Part shown: positions 1 through 13,985 of the stretch, in pieces
How the letters are laid out: every line of letters starts with the position of its first letter
Position numbering within the stretch: the first letter of the stretch is position 1
Source: Macrostomum lignano
Taxonomy: Eukaryota
Assembly: GCA_002269645.1 (NCBI GenBank)
Contig: NIVC01000176.1
Span: 682,001 to 746,000 of the forward strand
DNA: 64,000 bases
Direction: 5' to 3'
The notes under the pieces: model-generated
Seen by the model: only the letters and a program-made list of their open reading frames with translations
What the model was told of the DNA's origin: nothing
Database searches by the model: none
Program-made: the position numbers and the translations under genes

Positions 1-112
1 TAGAAAGTGTAGATCAAAATAGACTGCCATACCCGAATTCATACATGCGCAACCTCCCTGATATACACCAGCCGCGCGACTTCCCTATGAAAGAAACAAG
101 CAAAATCAAAGT

Positions 113-345
113 AAGGGGATGTGAATTTAAGAGTCAAAATGGAGCCTGAAGCATTGGGTCCCGATTTCTCTACACCAATCCCTTCATTTGGAGCCAAATA
201 GCTCCCGTTATGCCGAAAACCCGACCACTTTAGCACTTGGGGATCTCTGAGGGGAGCTATTTGGCTCCAAATGAAGGGATTGGCATAGAGAAATCGGGAC
301 CCAATGCTTCAGGCTCCATTTTGACTCTTAAATTCACATTCCCTT
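113..345. repeat. Near-perfect inverted repeat (about 94-bp arms 113-206 and 252-345, 45-bp spacer); foldback/MITE-like
   Basis: Arm 2 is the reverse complement of arm 1 with about 3 mismatches (gatgtgaatttaagagtcaaaatggagcctgaagcattgggtcccgatttctct...ccaatcccttcatttggagccaaatagctccc). Confidence 0.8.
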
Positions 346-1627
346 TTAAGTAAACGACAGGAGTAACTATAACTGTATTATTAATGCTAAATGCCTCGTC
401 ATCTAATTAGTACTAGCTACATCTTTTTTAGATAGGCATTTACTAAATCTTAAAGTTATTGCCATCTATGCCAAAGGCCATTATGTTGAAATAATTTGAT
501 TGAACTTTATGAACTTTAAGTAAGAATTTAGGTTTAAAAAATGAGTACTTACTCAATCCATTCCTTATTAACTTCCTCGCCTATTTGTTGTTCTAAGTTT
601 TGGTCTGCCATGCAATAATTCAGAATAAGAAATATCAAATGAGTGCTAGAAAGTAAGCTCTGGCCTGTGGATGCTTTGAAATTATGTAGTAACTTTAACT
701 TTACAATAGCAATATAGCATGCTCATCTTGTCTCTTTTCTCAACTCTTTCTTTTCTTTCTTTTTTTCCTATCTCTCCTTATTTTTTTAGGCTTCTCTTCT
801 CTTTTCTCTTATCATATATGTTCTATCCTCTTTTCTTTTTAATTTCTTTTGGTCTACTATAAGCTAGATTCTCTACTATCTGGCCTTTGAGATAAAAAAG
901 TTTGCTAACCTTATTTTATCTTTATAGCAATACAATGATATATTCTTATCTTATCATATTTTTTTATTGACTTTTGAAATGATTAAAATTTGGTCAAACA
1001 TGATTCAATTTTTAATATTTTAGGTTAAATTAGGGTTTTTATTTTTTTTACTAAGATCCTAGCATTTTAAGATTCAAGAATATGATTAAAATATTTGTTT
1101 AATATATAAGCATATAGAAGTTAGAAAAGATTTTCAGTTTTTAATTGATTTTGGATCCTATCCTATTTATAATCTAGAAAACCCATCACTTTTTTTTAAA
1201 GTTTAAATATTTTTATCTAAAAGATAGGATAAGATCTTTATTTAAGATTTACTCAGTTAGATAGAATTTGAAATATTTTATTATAAAAAATATATTCTTT
1301 CTTGTTTAATCTAATATTCTAATTTATTTTTTGCAGTGTAAAGCTAGGCCTAATATAGCCAATAAATCAAATATTAGATAGGATCCTATGGGTGCCAGTC
1401 GTTTTGTCTGCTGACAGTTTGTCTGCTAAGCAGATGAAAAGTTTTCTCTTTCTAAAACTGTTCATCTGCCGGGAGATGGGGGTGGGGCCGGGTATGTAGA
1501 GTGGGGTGGGGAGCTGCCCAACTCACAACCTTTCATTAACATTTTTAAACTGCTGTAGGGACAGTTAGCCTCTTCAAAATGAATCTCTTCAAAATATGTC
1601 ATCCGTGTCATCTGTAAACATTTAAAC

Positions 1628-1740
1628 AGCTGCAGGTGGATCCGCAGCAGCACTGGCATAGATAGCTGCAGGTGGATCCGCGGCAGCACTGGCGTGGATA
1701 GCTGCAGGTGGATCTGCAGCAGCACTGGCGTAGACAGCAT
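1628..1740. repeat. 36-bp minisatellite, about 3 copies
   Basis: Unit agctgcaggtggatccgcagcagcactggc(a/g)tagat repeated in tandem. Confidence 0.8.
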
Positions 1741-4439
1741 TTTCTGTTCTACTGTTTTTAGTTAAGCTTTCTTATTTTAGGTGATTGTAAAATAGTTTGT
1801 TAAAATGATGAAAGACTGGGCTATACATGCAGCGCTTTATAACAATGTTAATGGACAGAGAAGTTGTCCAGATAGAGGCAACTCCCCAGTCCCCCAGCTC
1901 CCTACCCCACTCCTCATCCCCATCCCATTTCCCAGCAGACGAACAGTTTTAGAAGGAAAGGGCGTTTTGTCTACTCAGCAGATGAACTGTTTTGGCAGAC
2001 AAATGAACTAGAAACCGATCCAATATAGATCAAATATGTTTTAGATTCTAAATCCCATTGATACTAGCTAGGCCTTGGCTAAGGGCTATCTTTAAAAACT
2101 TTAAGTCTTAAGTTAATATTTCAGCAAAAATATATCAATATTACTAGGGCTAGGCCTCTATAAAGAAATATTCTCTCTAATCCAAATTGGCTAAAATTTT
2201 AATTTTACCTAATAACCTAAGTGTAGGCATAGCCTTTCAAACTAGGCATAGCCTTTTAAATGTTTAATTTGTAATTCATAATTAGAAATTAAACAATTAG
2301 ATACTACAGACATAGGCCTAGCATAATTCACAATTGACAATTATAGATGTATAATTATTAATTAATAGACCCTAGTTTTTAGGTAAGGGGTCAAAGCAAT
2401 AAAACAATGAGCAAACAGTACAGAGACAATGCATAAGCTTAGATAGATTGTAAAAAAATGCTGGTGCACACTGTCCTGCTGACCTAGGCCTAGGGCCTAG
2501 CATTTATTTAGAACAAGTAACTTGAACTGAAGTAAGTAGGCCAATAATTATATAAAGTACACAAAAAGCTCATTGATAACTATATTATTTTAATTTTCTT
2601 GGCTATCTGCAATAAAATTGCGTTCTGAGTCTCTTAAAAGTGAAATAGCTTGGACAAGACAAGTTTTAGACCAACCCTTTTAGTTATCCACATATAAGGT
2701 TTACGAAACTGTTAAAAGTCCGGCCTGGAGTTGTTTACTACAGATAACTTAAAACAAACCTATTATTTTTTGCAAATTAAATTTTGTTAAATACTATTTT
2801 CTATCTTTAGGTAATTAAATTATTATTTATTAAAACGATTTTGTTAAATAAAATTTTCCAGTTTTTCATAACATTGTAACTTTAAAAAGCAAATCTTGGA
2901 AGTTTTAAACGAATAATATAATCCAGAAACGCAACTTAAAATGCATGCATGCACTCAATTTTCAGAAAAACAATGGAACTAGGTGCGCAAAATTTAGAAA
3001 ATTTAAAACTAATGCAAATTATTAAGGTACATGTATATGTATGTATGTCATCTGGTATACATTATTAAAACGTCTAACTTGAAGACATGGCAGCTATGTC
3101 TATAATTTAAAAACTTAAATAGAAATAGTAGGCCTCGCCATGTCTCTAATAGTGATTAGGTGTATACTTAGGTCTAGACAGTAGACACGGCTAAGCTGCC
3201 TAATATTTGAGCTTATAGATAAGCCTACAGCAATTGCGTGCCTTTGTATAATAGAGAATGTGTCTCATTCTCACATTGGAGACAATGGCCATCAGGCCAT
3301 GTCAATAAAGTCTGTACTGTAGCACTAGCAGCTGTGTCATTAATATTAAATATAGGCCCTAATACTGAAAGAAATGGAGGGTGGCTGTGTCATTAATATA
3401 GAATCCATTCAACACTGGAGACAGTGGTGGTCTCTTAATTTATGCCAAAATTTAAAGCAACACCAAACGGTACCATGTGTGTTTATATGTCTATAGACAT
3501 AGCATAAGATCCAACATTATATTATAGACATGGCCACTGTTTTTATAAGTACTCCATTATTAAAATACTCCATTAATAAAATATTTTTGCTTAACATTAA
3601 TGATTCTATTCTGTGCACAATTTTTTCAAAAAGTAAAAATCCAATTAACACAAATAACTAAAATAAAACTTTTTTTAATTCTCGCTCTTGTTTATTGTCT
3701 TGAATGATAATAAATAGGCCTAAATACTTGTAATTAGATAAGTAGATACAACTAGGCCTAGTAGATACAACTGCGAAGTAAATACTGAAGAACATGAAAC
3801 TCAATTGCATTTTAAGTTATAAGATAAATATAGGCCTACTGGTTCTAGCCAGTAGCAAATTGCCGATTTATTTAATCTGAGACAGTTTGATTTTTTATTT
3901 TGCCGAATTTGTATTTTTTACTTTACTTTGTATTTTCATTAGTCAATATTATACACATATGTCCTATTATCATATTAGTGACAAAAAACTTATATTTATA
4001 GGCTATTTATAATTTATTGTATAGTCCTTCTGCTGTGCTTCCAATCTAAATATGCTCTCAATTTTAATTTAGGTTTATTATTTTTTGTTTTTATTTAGTT
4101 ATTTTTAGTATATTGGATTGCAACAACTTTTGCTTAGGCCTATTTACAATTATAACAATAGATTCTAAAAGTCACAAATAATATTGCCAATGTTATTTTT
4201 GGCATTAGAATAAAAATCAAACCTGTTTGATAAATAAATCAATTATTTCAATTTTCATAAGGCCTATTATTGGCCTATTTTTTATGCTTACATTAAAATT
4301 CTTTGTCAATTGTATTGAAATGATAAATAACTAATTTATTCAAATATTTGACAAGTACTAATAAAACTAAAAGATAAATAAAAAATATATTTAAAAAAAG
4401 TAGGTTTTAACTATAAGAGTGGGGTTTCTAAGCCTATAA

Positions 4440-4734
4440 TATATATGCCCAACCTCAAAATTTTACCTATCTAGTGCAACTTAGTTTCTCCTAATTATGA
4501 CTTTTCTGCTTTTTTTTCTCATTTTCTTTTTCTTTCTTTCTTTCTCTTTTCTCTCTCTTCTCCCTCCTTTCTTTTCCTTTTTTCTTCCTTTTCTTTCTTT
4601 TCCTTTTTTCTTCCTCTTCTTTCTTTTTCCCCCTAATTATTTATTTTTTGCATTTTGATTTTGCAATTTACCTTGGCCAATAGCCATTTTGCCCATCTGG
4701 TTCAGATAGGTTGGATGGGTATTAGGCATGTATG
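4440..4734. mobile_element. MITE-like repeat, diverged copy 1
   Basis: Shares atgcccaacctcaaaattt...ctagtg..acttag...ccctaattat...CT-rich core...ttaccttggcc...ggttggatg...ggcatgtat with 5881-6221. Confidence 0.5.
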
Positions 4735-5349
4735 GCCTATAATATATATAAAAAAGATACTATTAATAGATAAAAAGAATATTAAGCCTATAATATTAAC
4801 AAGAAGGCTACTACCATAATATAGATGAAAAAGATATTATTATAATATATATTAGAATATTATATTGTACTATACTAAACTTTAAAGTATTATAGAATTT
4901 TTAGCCCAAAAGAAAATTAGATGCTGTTTTTGCTAGCCACAAAAAGGGATAGCTATCTTTTGCCCCTTGGGCTTACACCTAAATTTTTTCCATATTATTA
5001 ATAATAATAAAAAGAATAGATTAAAATTAATTAAAATGATATGAATGGTTTTAATCAATAATTCCTTTGACAAAATTAGGCCTAGCTAAAGAGAAAGGCA
5101 AAAGAGGCTTTATCTCTATATATAGTATAAAATTTGCAATATTAAAATAGCCTATTTGTTTGCTTAGGAAAATTGTTAATGATATACTGATATAATATGA
5201 CATATATGTCTTGTATTTAATTTAAGTTGGATAAATATCTAGAAGATATACATTAAACCTAGCCAGTCTACTCAGCTTTAGATATAAGATTTATATTGTT
5301 CAAGTATTTAAATATTTATTGTATTTAATTTTTTTGTTTTTTTTATTAG

Positions 5350-5698
5350 AGGCAGGGGGTTGTGTGCACCCTGGTGCACTTTAAGTGATATCAACATACA
5401 ACTGGCAAGAGGCATTACTGCCCATTTTGCTGACCCCTGAGCAGGCATACAAGCGAGCGAATACGTATGCAGGCACACTCACACAGGAATGTACAGTGGC
5501 AGCGGCCCTAACTTTATTTATCGTAAGGCATGTACACTTCATTGCGCCTTGGGGGGTTGGCTCTCAAGGCCATTAATTGCACAAGCAGAGCCAAGCCGAG
5601 ATTCCAATTCAGCCCCAAATTAATGTTACTGCACATGGAATCGAGCCTGGGTCGCTGGCACACCAGAGCAGCTGCGCTACCGCTAAGCTACGCTCCCC
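5350..5698 (-). mobile_element. tRNA-derived SINE (family copy 1, with tRNA head)
   Basis: The minus strand starts GGGGAGCGTAGCTTAGCGG (A box)...GGCTCGATTCC (B box). The body (gaggcattactgc...cccctgagcaggca...atacgtatgcag...cactcacacagga.tgtacag...aggcatgtacacttca...gcagagccaagcc) recurs at about 43190-43410. Confidence 0.7.
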
Positions 5699-5880
5699 TA
5701 AGTGTGGTTTCTAAGTTTAGTGGTTTCTAATCAAATTTTTATAAAACCAAAAATCTTAAAAGGCAATAGAAAGACAATATTTTAGCAATTACTTAACTTA
5801 GAACTTGCTAATAAAATAACAAAGTAAAATAAAGAAACCATGTATAAGTTCCAAACTAATAATATAACTATAAACAAAAA

Positions 5881-6221
5881 CATACATGCCCAACCTCAAA
5901 ATTTCACCCGTCTAGTGTGACTTAGTTTTGTCAAGATTTGCAACTTAGTTCCTCTCGATTGCAACTTAGTTCCCCCTAATTATGACCTAATTTTCACTTT
6001 GTATATGACTTTTCTTGCCTTTTTCTCTTTTCTCTTTCTCTTTCTTTCTCCTCTTTCCCCCTCTCTCTTTTCTCCCTCCTTTCTTTTCCTTTTCTCTTCC
6101 TCTCCTTTTTTTCTTCCCCCAATTTTTTTCGTTTTTTTGCATTGATTTTGTTCCTTACCTTGGCCGCTGGCCATTTCACCCATCTAGTTCGGATGGGTTG
6201 GATGCGTGTTGGGCATGTATG
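5881..6221. mobile_element. MITE-like element with 14-bp terminal inverted repeats
   Basis: catacatgcccaac (5881-5894) and gttgggcatgtatg (6208-6221) are exact reverse complements. There is no coding capacity, and a second copy lies at about 4440-4734. Confidence 0.6.
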
Positions 6222-7748
6222 AACAAGAATGAACAAGTGTTGGTTTGGAATTTAGCAAAGAATTATTATATAATAATAGAATCATTATATATTATTTCAT
6301 AAATAATACATACAATTATTTAGTTCTAATTATGAGTAAATTAAGAAGAAATCAAAAAGCATACAATGGATAGCAAATAGATTAAACTTACAGTTTAAAA
6401 TTGAATTTTAAATTTCTTTATAAGAAATTTTGCCAGATTTTATACTTTGAAGTTTATATTGCATTAAAAATAAGCCAAAAAGAAAGTATTTTAAATTGGG
6501 CTTTTACAAGTATTATTAGTTGTTTAACTTATAAAGTAAGAAATACTTTTAACTTTTAAAATGCTTTTTCATTATTTATAATATAAATAAAAACTTGAAA
6601 TATAAAATATTACAAATATTTATTCTTTAACTAAATTTGTATATTTTATATTATAAAATGAACTTTCACTTATGAGAAACTAAATATAGTTAGTATATAA
6701 GCAATCAACTTTTTAAATGACAAAAATGCTCTATTTTTAAAAAAAATTAGGTGTTACTTTATTCATATAATGTCTTTTTATCAAATTATATCCAAACTTT
6801 GATTGCTAAAAAAACTTATAGCTATATATACCAATACTGTTTGTTTTATGTCTACTTGAACTTACTTTAATCATATTCTCTCTCTGAATTTGTTAGATTG
6901 TAGCCACCTATGAAATTTTTGAACTAATTTTGTGTAGTAGATATTTGGACATATGGACTTAACATTACAACAAAGCTAGTTTATATTGTTTTAAAAAAAT
7001 TCTAGGTCGTTTATAATCATTTATACTTAAGACAACCTTATACTATAATGAAGTAGAATGTATACAAAATTTTTGAAGATTCCTTACTCCTTAGTCTACT
7101 CCACAGACATTAAAATAACTAGATAGGTAACTCAGGCATTTATGCTTAGTAAAACAGCTTTCTACATTCATTTTAGTAGCATTATTTGAATTAATAAATT
7201 ATTTGATAAATTTAGAAGCCAAGCTTGGACATTAAAACAACTTGCTAATTGGTTCAGCCATAATGTACATTAGCCATTGAAATGTACAAGGACGATTTAG
7301 GCTAGAACAGATTGCCTTCTAGATTTAGGCTGGAAGGCAATAAAATTGTGGCTATGTGGAAGGGAGTAGTGTGGAAAGGCACAGTTAGAGAGTTTAAGCT
7401 GGGGACCAGAGCTAATAAATAAGCCTTGACTTTAAAAACACATTAAAATGCTTCTGTTTAACTTACTACTGAACTAAAAGTAGCTTTAACACAAATTTTA
7501 CTGAGTGGCCCATCTAGTTATTCTGGTATCTGTGGTCTACCCATGCCGTTCTTGTACATTTAGTGGCTTTGATTGAAAGTTTACTAATAAATTATTTCTT
7601 TTGTAAAAATAACCACTGTAAGTGAGCAATAAAATGACCATTTTATTTTAAATTAACTGCTATCTAATGTATTAAGCTGAGCAAGTCACATACTTAAAAA
7701 ATGACATTTACATGCACCCTGGCAACTACTGCAGCTAGTTGACTCTCA

Positions 7749-10612
7749 ATGGGCCGCAAAGACTATCGCCTGCAGTCGCAGCGGGGTCCGGGTCGCAAAA
7801 CTCGAAAGCAGAAAGACCCCAAGCTGCCGGCTAGTATTGAGACTGAGGTTGATGCAGAGGAGGCTGCCGGCCCGCGTCAGCTGAGCAGTCGGCAGAAGCA
7901 GCGAATGAAACGGCGAGTTGTTAAACAGGCCGCAGTTGCTGCTAAGAAAATGGAGAAGCAAAAGAAAAAGCTCGAACAGCAACGGTCGAATGGCGATAAT
8001 GATGGGTCAGTGTGTGTGCTTTTATTGATTGGCATTAAAACCATGGACTAATTCTGATTGTTTTGCTTGTGCACCTGTAAATTTTGCCTTTATAGAGAAT
8101 AGAAAGACATCTTAAGATCATAAGCATCCCAGACACCTGGGGTTGTCCACTGATTCTAGTAATACAGCCCCACAGACACCTGGGGTGTCCACTGATGCTA
8201 ATAATACAGCCCCACAGACACCTGGGGTGTCCACTGATGCTAATAATACAGCCCCACAGACACCTGGGGTGCCCACTGATGCTAATAATACAGCCCCGCA
8301 GACACCTGGGGTGCCCACTGATGCTAATAATACAGCCCCGCAGACACATGGGGGTGTCCACTGGTTATAATAAAGCCCCGCAGACACCTGGGGGTGTCCA
8401 CTGGTTCTAAAAAAGCCCCGCAGACACCTGGGGGTGTCCACTGGTTTTAATAAAGCCCCGCAGACATCCCGGGGCTCGGGGTGTCCACTGATTGACCTTA
8501 ATTGACCCAACCACGTCAAATCCAACAGTCCACCGAAGCCTCCACGCCCGGATGAAGAAGAGTCTGACGAAGCAGACGAAGACATGGACAGTCTAGACGA
8601 GCTGGAGCAAGCTCAAACGGCCGGAGCCAATAAAAGCAGCAAACGACTGCGACTCGATCTGGATGAAGACGACTCAGCTGAAGAGGAAGGAGGAACTGCT
8701 GGCCGGACTCTGCTAGAAGAAGAAGACGAAGATTTTTTAAACGACGATTTTCCTATCAGTGATGAGGATGCGGACGAGGCTGAGGATCCTGACAGCAGCG
8801 AAGGCGATGAAAAGGAGGCTGCAGATGAGGCTGGCGAAGATGATAACGCCGAAGAGGCTGGCCAGGCTGATGAGGACGAGGCCGCTAAAGCAGCAGATTT
8901 GGAGCAGGTAAGGCTGACTGACTGACTGACTGACTCACTGACTCACTGACTCACTGACGACTGACTCACTGACTCACTGACTCACTGACTCACTGACTCA
9001 CTGACTGACTGACTGACTGACTGACTGACTGACTGACTGACTGACTGACTGACTGACTCACTGACTGACTCACTGACTGACTGACTGACTCACTGACTGA
9101 CTCACTGACTGACTCACTGACTCACTGACTCACTGACTCACTGACTGACTCACTGACTGACTCACTGACTCACTGACTGACTGACTCACTGACTCACTGA
9201 CTCACTGACTGACTCACTGACTGACTCACTGACTCACTGACTCACTGACTGACTGACTCACTGACTGACTCACTGACTCACTGACTCACTGACTCACTGA
9301 CTGACTCACTGACTGACTCACTGACTCACTGACTGACTGACTCACTGACTCACTGACTCACTGACTGACTCACTGACTGACTCACTGACTCACTGACTCA
9401 CTGACTGACTCACTGACTGACTCACTGACTCACTGACTGACTGACTGACTCACTGACTGACTGACTCACTGACTGACTGACTGACTGACTGACTGACTGA
9501 CTGACTCACTGACTGACTGACTGACTCACTGACTGACTCACTCACTGACTCACTGACTCACTGACTCACTGACTCACTGACTCACTGACTGACTCACTGA
9601 CTGACTCACTGACTCACTGACTCACTGACTGACTCACTGACTCACTGACTCACTGACTGACTCACTGACTCACTGACTCACTGACTGACTGACTGACTGA
9701 CTGACTGACTGACTGACTGACTGACTGACTGACTGACTGACTGACTGACTGACTGACTGACTCACTGACTGACTGACTGACTGACTCACTGACTCACTGA
9801 CTGACTCACTGACTCACTGACTCACTGACTGACTCACTGACTCACTGACTCACTGACTCACTGACTGACTGACTGACTGACTGACTGACTGACTCACTGA
9901 CTGACTCACTGACTCACTGACTGACGACTGACTGACTCACCGACTGACTGACTGACTTCAACATTAAAAAAATTCCCAGGCTCCTGCCGATCTCTCCGAG
10001 CTTGATGGCCGCATCGACAGTCTGCTCCAGTTACTAGGCAACTCCGGCGACAGTGTCGAGAAGGCTAAGAAGAAATCCCCAAAAACTGGCGCTAAATTCT
10101 CCCGATCCGACTGTTTGGACCGGCTGTGCAGCCTGCTCTGCATGCGATTCTCCTATAACGCTTTCCTAATGCGCCGCCTGCTGGACCTCTATCCAAAGGA
10201 CATTCTGGACTTTCTACAATCCAACGAAGTCGACAGGCCGTTGACGTTGCGAACCAACGCGTTGAAAACTCGGCGCAAAGATTTGGCACAGGCGCTCATT
10301 TCTCGCGGCGTCAATCTGGACCCGTTTGACAAATGGTCCAAGGTGGGCCTGGTTGTGTACGATTCCCAGGTGCCGCTGGGCGCTACCCCGGAGTACTTGG
10401 CTGGCCACTACATGTTGCAGGGTGCCGCCAGTATGCTGCCAGTGCTGGCCTTGGATCCGAAGTGAGTGCGGCCTGGCTTGCTTTTGTGTCTCTGTCTGCC
10501 TGTCTGTGTGTCTGTCTTTCTGTCTTTCTGTCTGTCTGTGTGTCTGTATCTGTCTGCCTGCCTGTCTGTCTGTCTGTCTGTCTGTCTGTCTGGCTGGCTG
10601 GCTGCCTGTTTA

Positions 10613-10678
<66 letters not shown>

Positions 10679-10776
10679 AGTCAGTCTGTCTGTCTGTCTG
10701 TCAGTCAGTCTGTCTGCTTGTCTGTCAGTCAGTCTCTCTGCTTGTCTGTCTGTCTGTCAGTCAATCTGTCTGCTTG

Positions 10777-10821
<45 letters not shown>

Positions 10822-12619
10822 GGCTGCCTGTCTGTGTGTCTGTCTGTGTGTCTGTCTGCTTGTCTGTGTCTGTCTGCCTGTCTATCTATCTATCTATCCA
10901 ACTATATGGGTATCTTCTATTTCTACAAAGTATTCAAGAAGCAAGCAATGATGACACAAACGGGACGTAATGCTGATTCACTTTAGTGATTGATCGCAAA
11001 AATCTGATGCCTGAGGCTTGCTTTTATTTTAACCAAAGACCCAAAATCTCTAAGATGCTTCTGGGTTCTCTTGTAAGTTCTTTTAGTTTTTGCCAGAGCC
11101 ACGCAGGTGAATTATGAGCCAAAACGGGACGTAATGCTGAGAAACTCACTGACGGAGCTGTAAATCTCATGTCTGAGTCACCGCTGGCTCAGTCAATGCT
11201 GTTGGATGGGACAGTAGGGAACAAGAAACAAGAATTTGCTTTTAGTTGCATCTCAAATTCCTGCTTGAAATGAATCACCCTACCATTCTTTTGATAAGCG
11301 AGTCATTCTTCTATCCTCATTAATCTTTTCTAATGTCTTCTATTCATTTGGGCGAGTCATTAAAAAATCATATTGTTCGACACAGCGTCTCAGGTTTCCT
11401 GGCAGATTTAAGTGCCCCGGATAGTCCTTCTTTGTATTAATGAACCTCGATAAACATTTTGTGTGACAGGTTTGCTTTCTTATCAATATTGTGAACTTGT
11501 ATTATTTTGTCTACGCACTAAATACTCGTGTTTTAAACTGTCCTTTAACCTGCACCCACAGTCCTTTCACCTACAACCAAAATCCTTTAACCTGCACCCA
11601 CAGTCCTTTCACCTACAACCAAAATCCTTTAACCTGCACCCACAGTCCTTTCACCTACAACCAAAATCCTTTAACCTGCACCCACAGTCCTTTCACCTAC
11701 AACCAAAATCCTTTAACCTGCACCCACAGTCCTTTCACCTACAACCAAAATCATTTAACCTGCACCCACAGTCCTTTCACCTACAACCAAAATCCTTTAA
11801 CCTGCACCCACAGTCCTTTCACCTACAACCAAAGTCCTTTAACCTGCACCGATAATCCCTTAAGCTACACCCAAGAGCTTCAGCCTTACTACCATTTTTT
11901 AAATCCTATATTGATCACCCACCTGCAGGCCGCAGGAGAAAGTGCTGGACCTGTGCGCAGCCCCGGGCGGCAAGACCACCTACATAGCAGAGCTGATGCG
12001 CAACACAGGCCTAGTGATGGCCAACGAAGCCAACAAAGAGCGAGCCAAAGCTGTAGTGGGCAATGCGCATCGTCACGGCCTCAATAACATTGTCGTGTGC
12101 GTTGGCGACGGTCGAGAATTTCCTCGTACGATGCACAATTTCGATCGGGTACTGGTTGACGCTCCCTGTACGGGCACTGGAGTCATTGCCAAGGACCCAG
12201 CCGTGAAGGCTAACAAAGAGGAGAAAGACGTGCTGAAGTGCAGTCACCTGCAGAAGCAGCTGCTACTAGCTGGTGTTGATGCCGCTAAGCCTGGCGGAGT
12301 CCTAGTCTACTGCACCTGCAGCGTACTAGTTGAAGAGAACGAGGCCGTAGTTGACTACGCTCTAAGAAAGCGCCAGCTGAAACTGATTGAAACCGGTCTG
12401 GTCATTGGCGAGCCCGCTTTTCGGGCGTTTCGCGACAAGAAATTTCATCCCAACATGACGGCCGCTCGACGAATCACGCCGCATCAGCACAATATGGATG
12501 GATTCTTTGTGGCTAAGCTAGTTAAATTGGCTGGTGGAGAGGCTAAGCCTACTGCTGTTAGTAGTAAGAGTAGTAGTAATAATAGCAAGAAGAAGAATGG
12601 CACTGCTGAAGCTAAGTAA
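7749..12619 (+). CDS. NOP2: NOP2/NSUN1 28S rRNA m5C methyltransferase; join(7749..8005,8529..8907,9980..10461,11929..12619), 602 aa
   Basis: Basic and acidic N-terminus, then RPLTLRTNALKTRRKDLAQALISRGVNLDP, GATPEYLAGHYMLQG, VLDLCAAPGGKTTYIA, FDRVLVDAPCTGTG, VYCTCS and HNMDGFFVAKL (NOP2/Sun family motifs). All introns are GT-AG with matching phases; total 1809 nt, divisible by 3. Confidence 0.95.
8125..8490. repeat. 42-bp minisatellite in NOP2 intron 1
   Basis: Unit cacagacacctggggtgtccactgatgctaataatacagccc. Confidence 0.9.
8914..9957. repeat. Compound (ACTG/ACTC)n microsatellite in NOP2 intron 2
   Basis: About 1 kb of gactgactcact-type tetramers. Confidence 0.95.
10485..10900. repeat. (TCTG)n microsatellite in NOP2 intron 3
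   Basis: Direct reading of the sequence. Confidence 0.95.
10939..11023 (+). ncRNA. Box C/D snoRNA, SNORD82-like (predicted guide for the 18S Am equivalent to human A1678)
   Basis: Terminal stem aagcaagc/gcttgctt, box C ATGATGA (10948-54), guide GGGACGTAAT then G, D' CTGA (10973-76), box D CTGA (11011-14). The guide pairs with conserved 18S AUUACGUCCC, and the D'+5 rule hits the A equivalent to human A1678. Confidence 0.75.
11096..11190 (+). ncRNA. Divergent box C/D snoRNA paralog with the same guide
   Basis: Terminal stem gagcca..ggtga/tcacc..tggctc, imperfect box C ATTATGA (11111-17), identical AAACGGGACGTAATG-CTGA guide plus D' (11122-11140), box D CTGA (11173-76). Confidence 0.6.
11545..11850. 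repeat. 42-bp minisatellite in NOP2 intron 3
   Basis: Unit tttaacctgcacccacagtcctttcacctacaaccaaaatcc, about 7 copies. Confidence 0.9.
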
Positions 12620-13380
12620 CTTTTGGATAGGACAGTCACTCTATCTGTTGCTAATGGTTGATCATTTAATTGATATAATTGATATTATAAGTATTATTAT
12701 AAAACTGACACGCTGAGATTGAAACCTGTTTCGGCCATAGACAAGAGCTTGGAGCCAGTGAAAACTGAGGTTTCAGGTTTTGACCACAGACAAGAGCTTG
12801 GAGCCAAAAATTTTTCGAGATTTAGGGTTTCGGCTATAGACATAATTTTAAAGCCAATTAAAACTGGGGTTTCCGGTTTCGGCCATAGACATTAGCTTGG
12901 AGCCAGAGTTTTGGGTGATTAAATTGAAATAATCAATTGGAATTAATTTCCTCCATTTTTGCGAGTTTAGCGGTAAAAGTAAAGTAAATAAAGTAAAGCA
13001 TATTTTATTGCTGGGTGCATTTTTTCTTGTATTACTACTAAATGAGTAGTGCATTCATGCCGTTTTCATTTTTTCTAGTTACTTGCGGCTGTACAAGCTA
13101 ACAAAAATGTTCATTGAGTAATTTGATTGATCGTTTCAATTGCAAAATGGTAGCTGTGTAAGTTATTTTTGCGCGGATGATAAATATAATCTGCCATTTG
13201 ATTGAGAGTTTCTGTGCTGACATCTGTTGGCTTTCGTTGTTTTACTTTGCTGTGCATATTTCATTGGTAGTGTGAGTAGCTATACTCAGTAGGTAGCTGG
13301 TCTGTCTGTCTGTCTGTATTTATCTATATATCTATCTAACTGTCTGGGTTCTTTTTATCTCTAAAAACAAACGTTTTAAG

Positions 13381-13463
13381 AAGCAAGCAGTGATGACACA
13401 AACGGGACGTAATGCTGATCCATTTTAGTGATTGATCGGAAATCTGATGCCTGATGCTTGCTT
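13381..13463 (+). ncRNA. Box C/D snoRNA, close copy of 10939-11023
   Basis: Stem aagcaagc/gcttgctt, box C GTGATGA (13390-96), same guide, D' 13415-18, D 13451-54. Confidence 0.72.
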
Positions 13464-13519
13464 TTATCCTAAGTCTCTGATGTTCCTGGGTCATTGGGCT
13501 GGATTCTCTGCTGTAACTT

Positions 13520-13985
<466 letters not shown>

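Noticed and set aside
1462-2011. Short ORFs 1462-1740(-) and 1805-2011(+)
   Set aside because: No recognisable domain; partly 36-bp repeat-derived, in AT-rich intergenic DNA.
5980-6302. Lys/Glu-rich and Phe/Ser-rich ORFs
   Set aside because: They derive from the CT-rich core of a MITE-like repeat.
11370-11460. Possible H/ACA snoRNA ending in ACATTT in NOP2 intron 3
   Set aside because: I could not identify a convincing H box or two-hairpin fold by eye.
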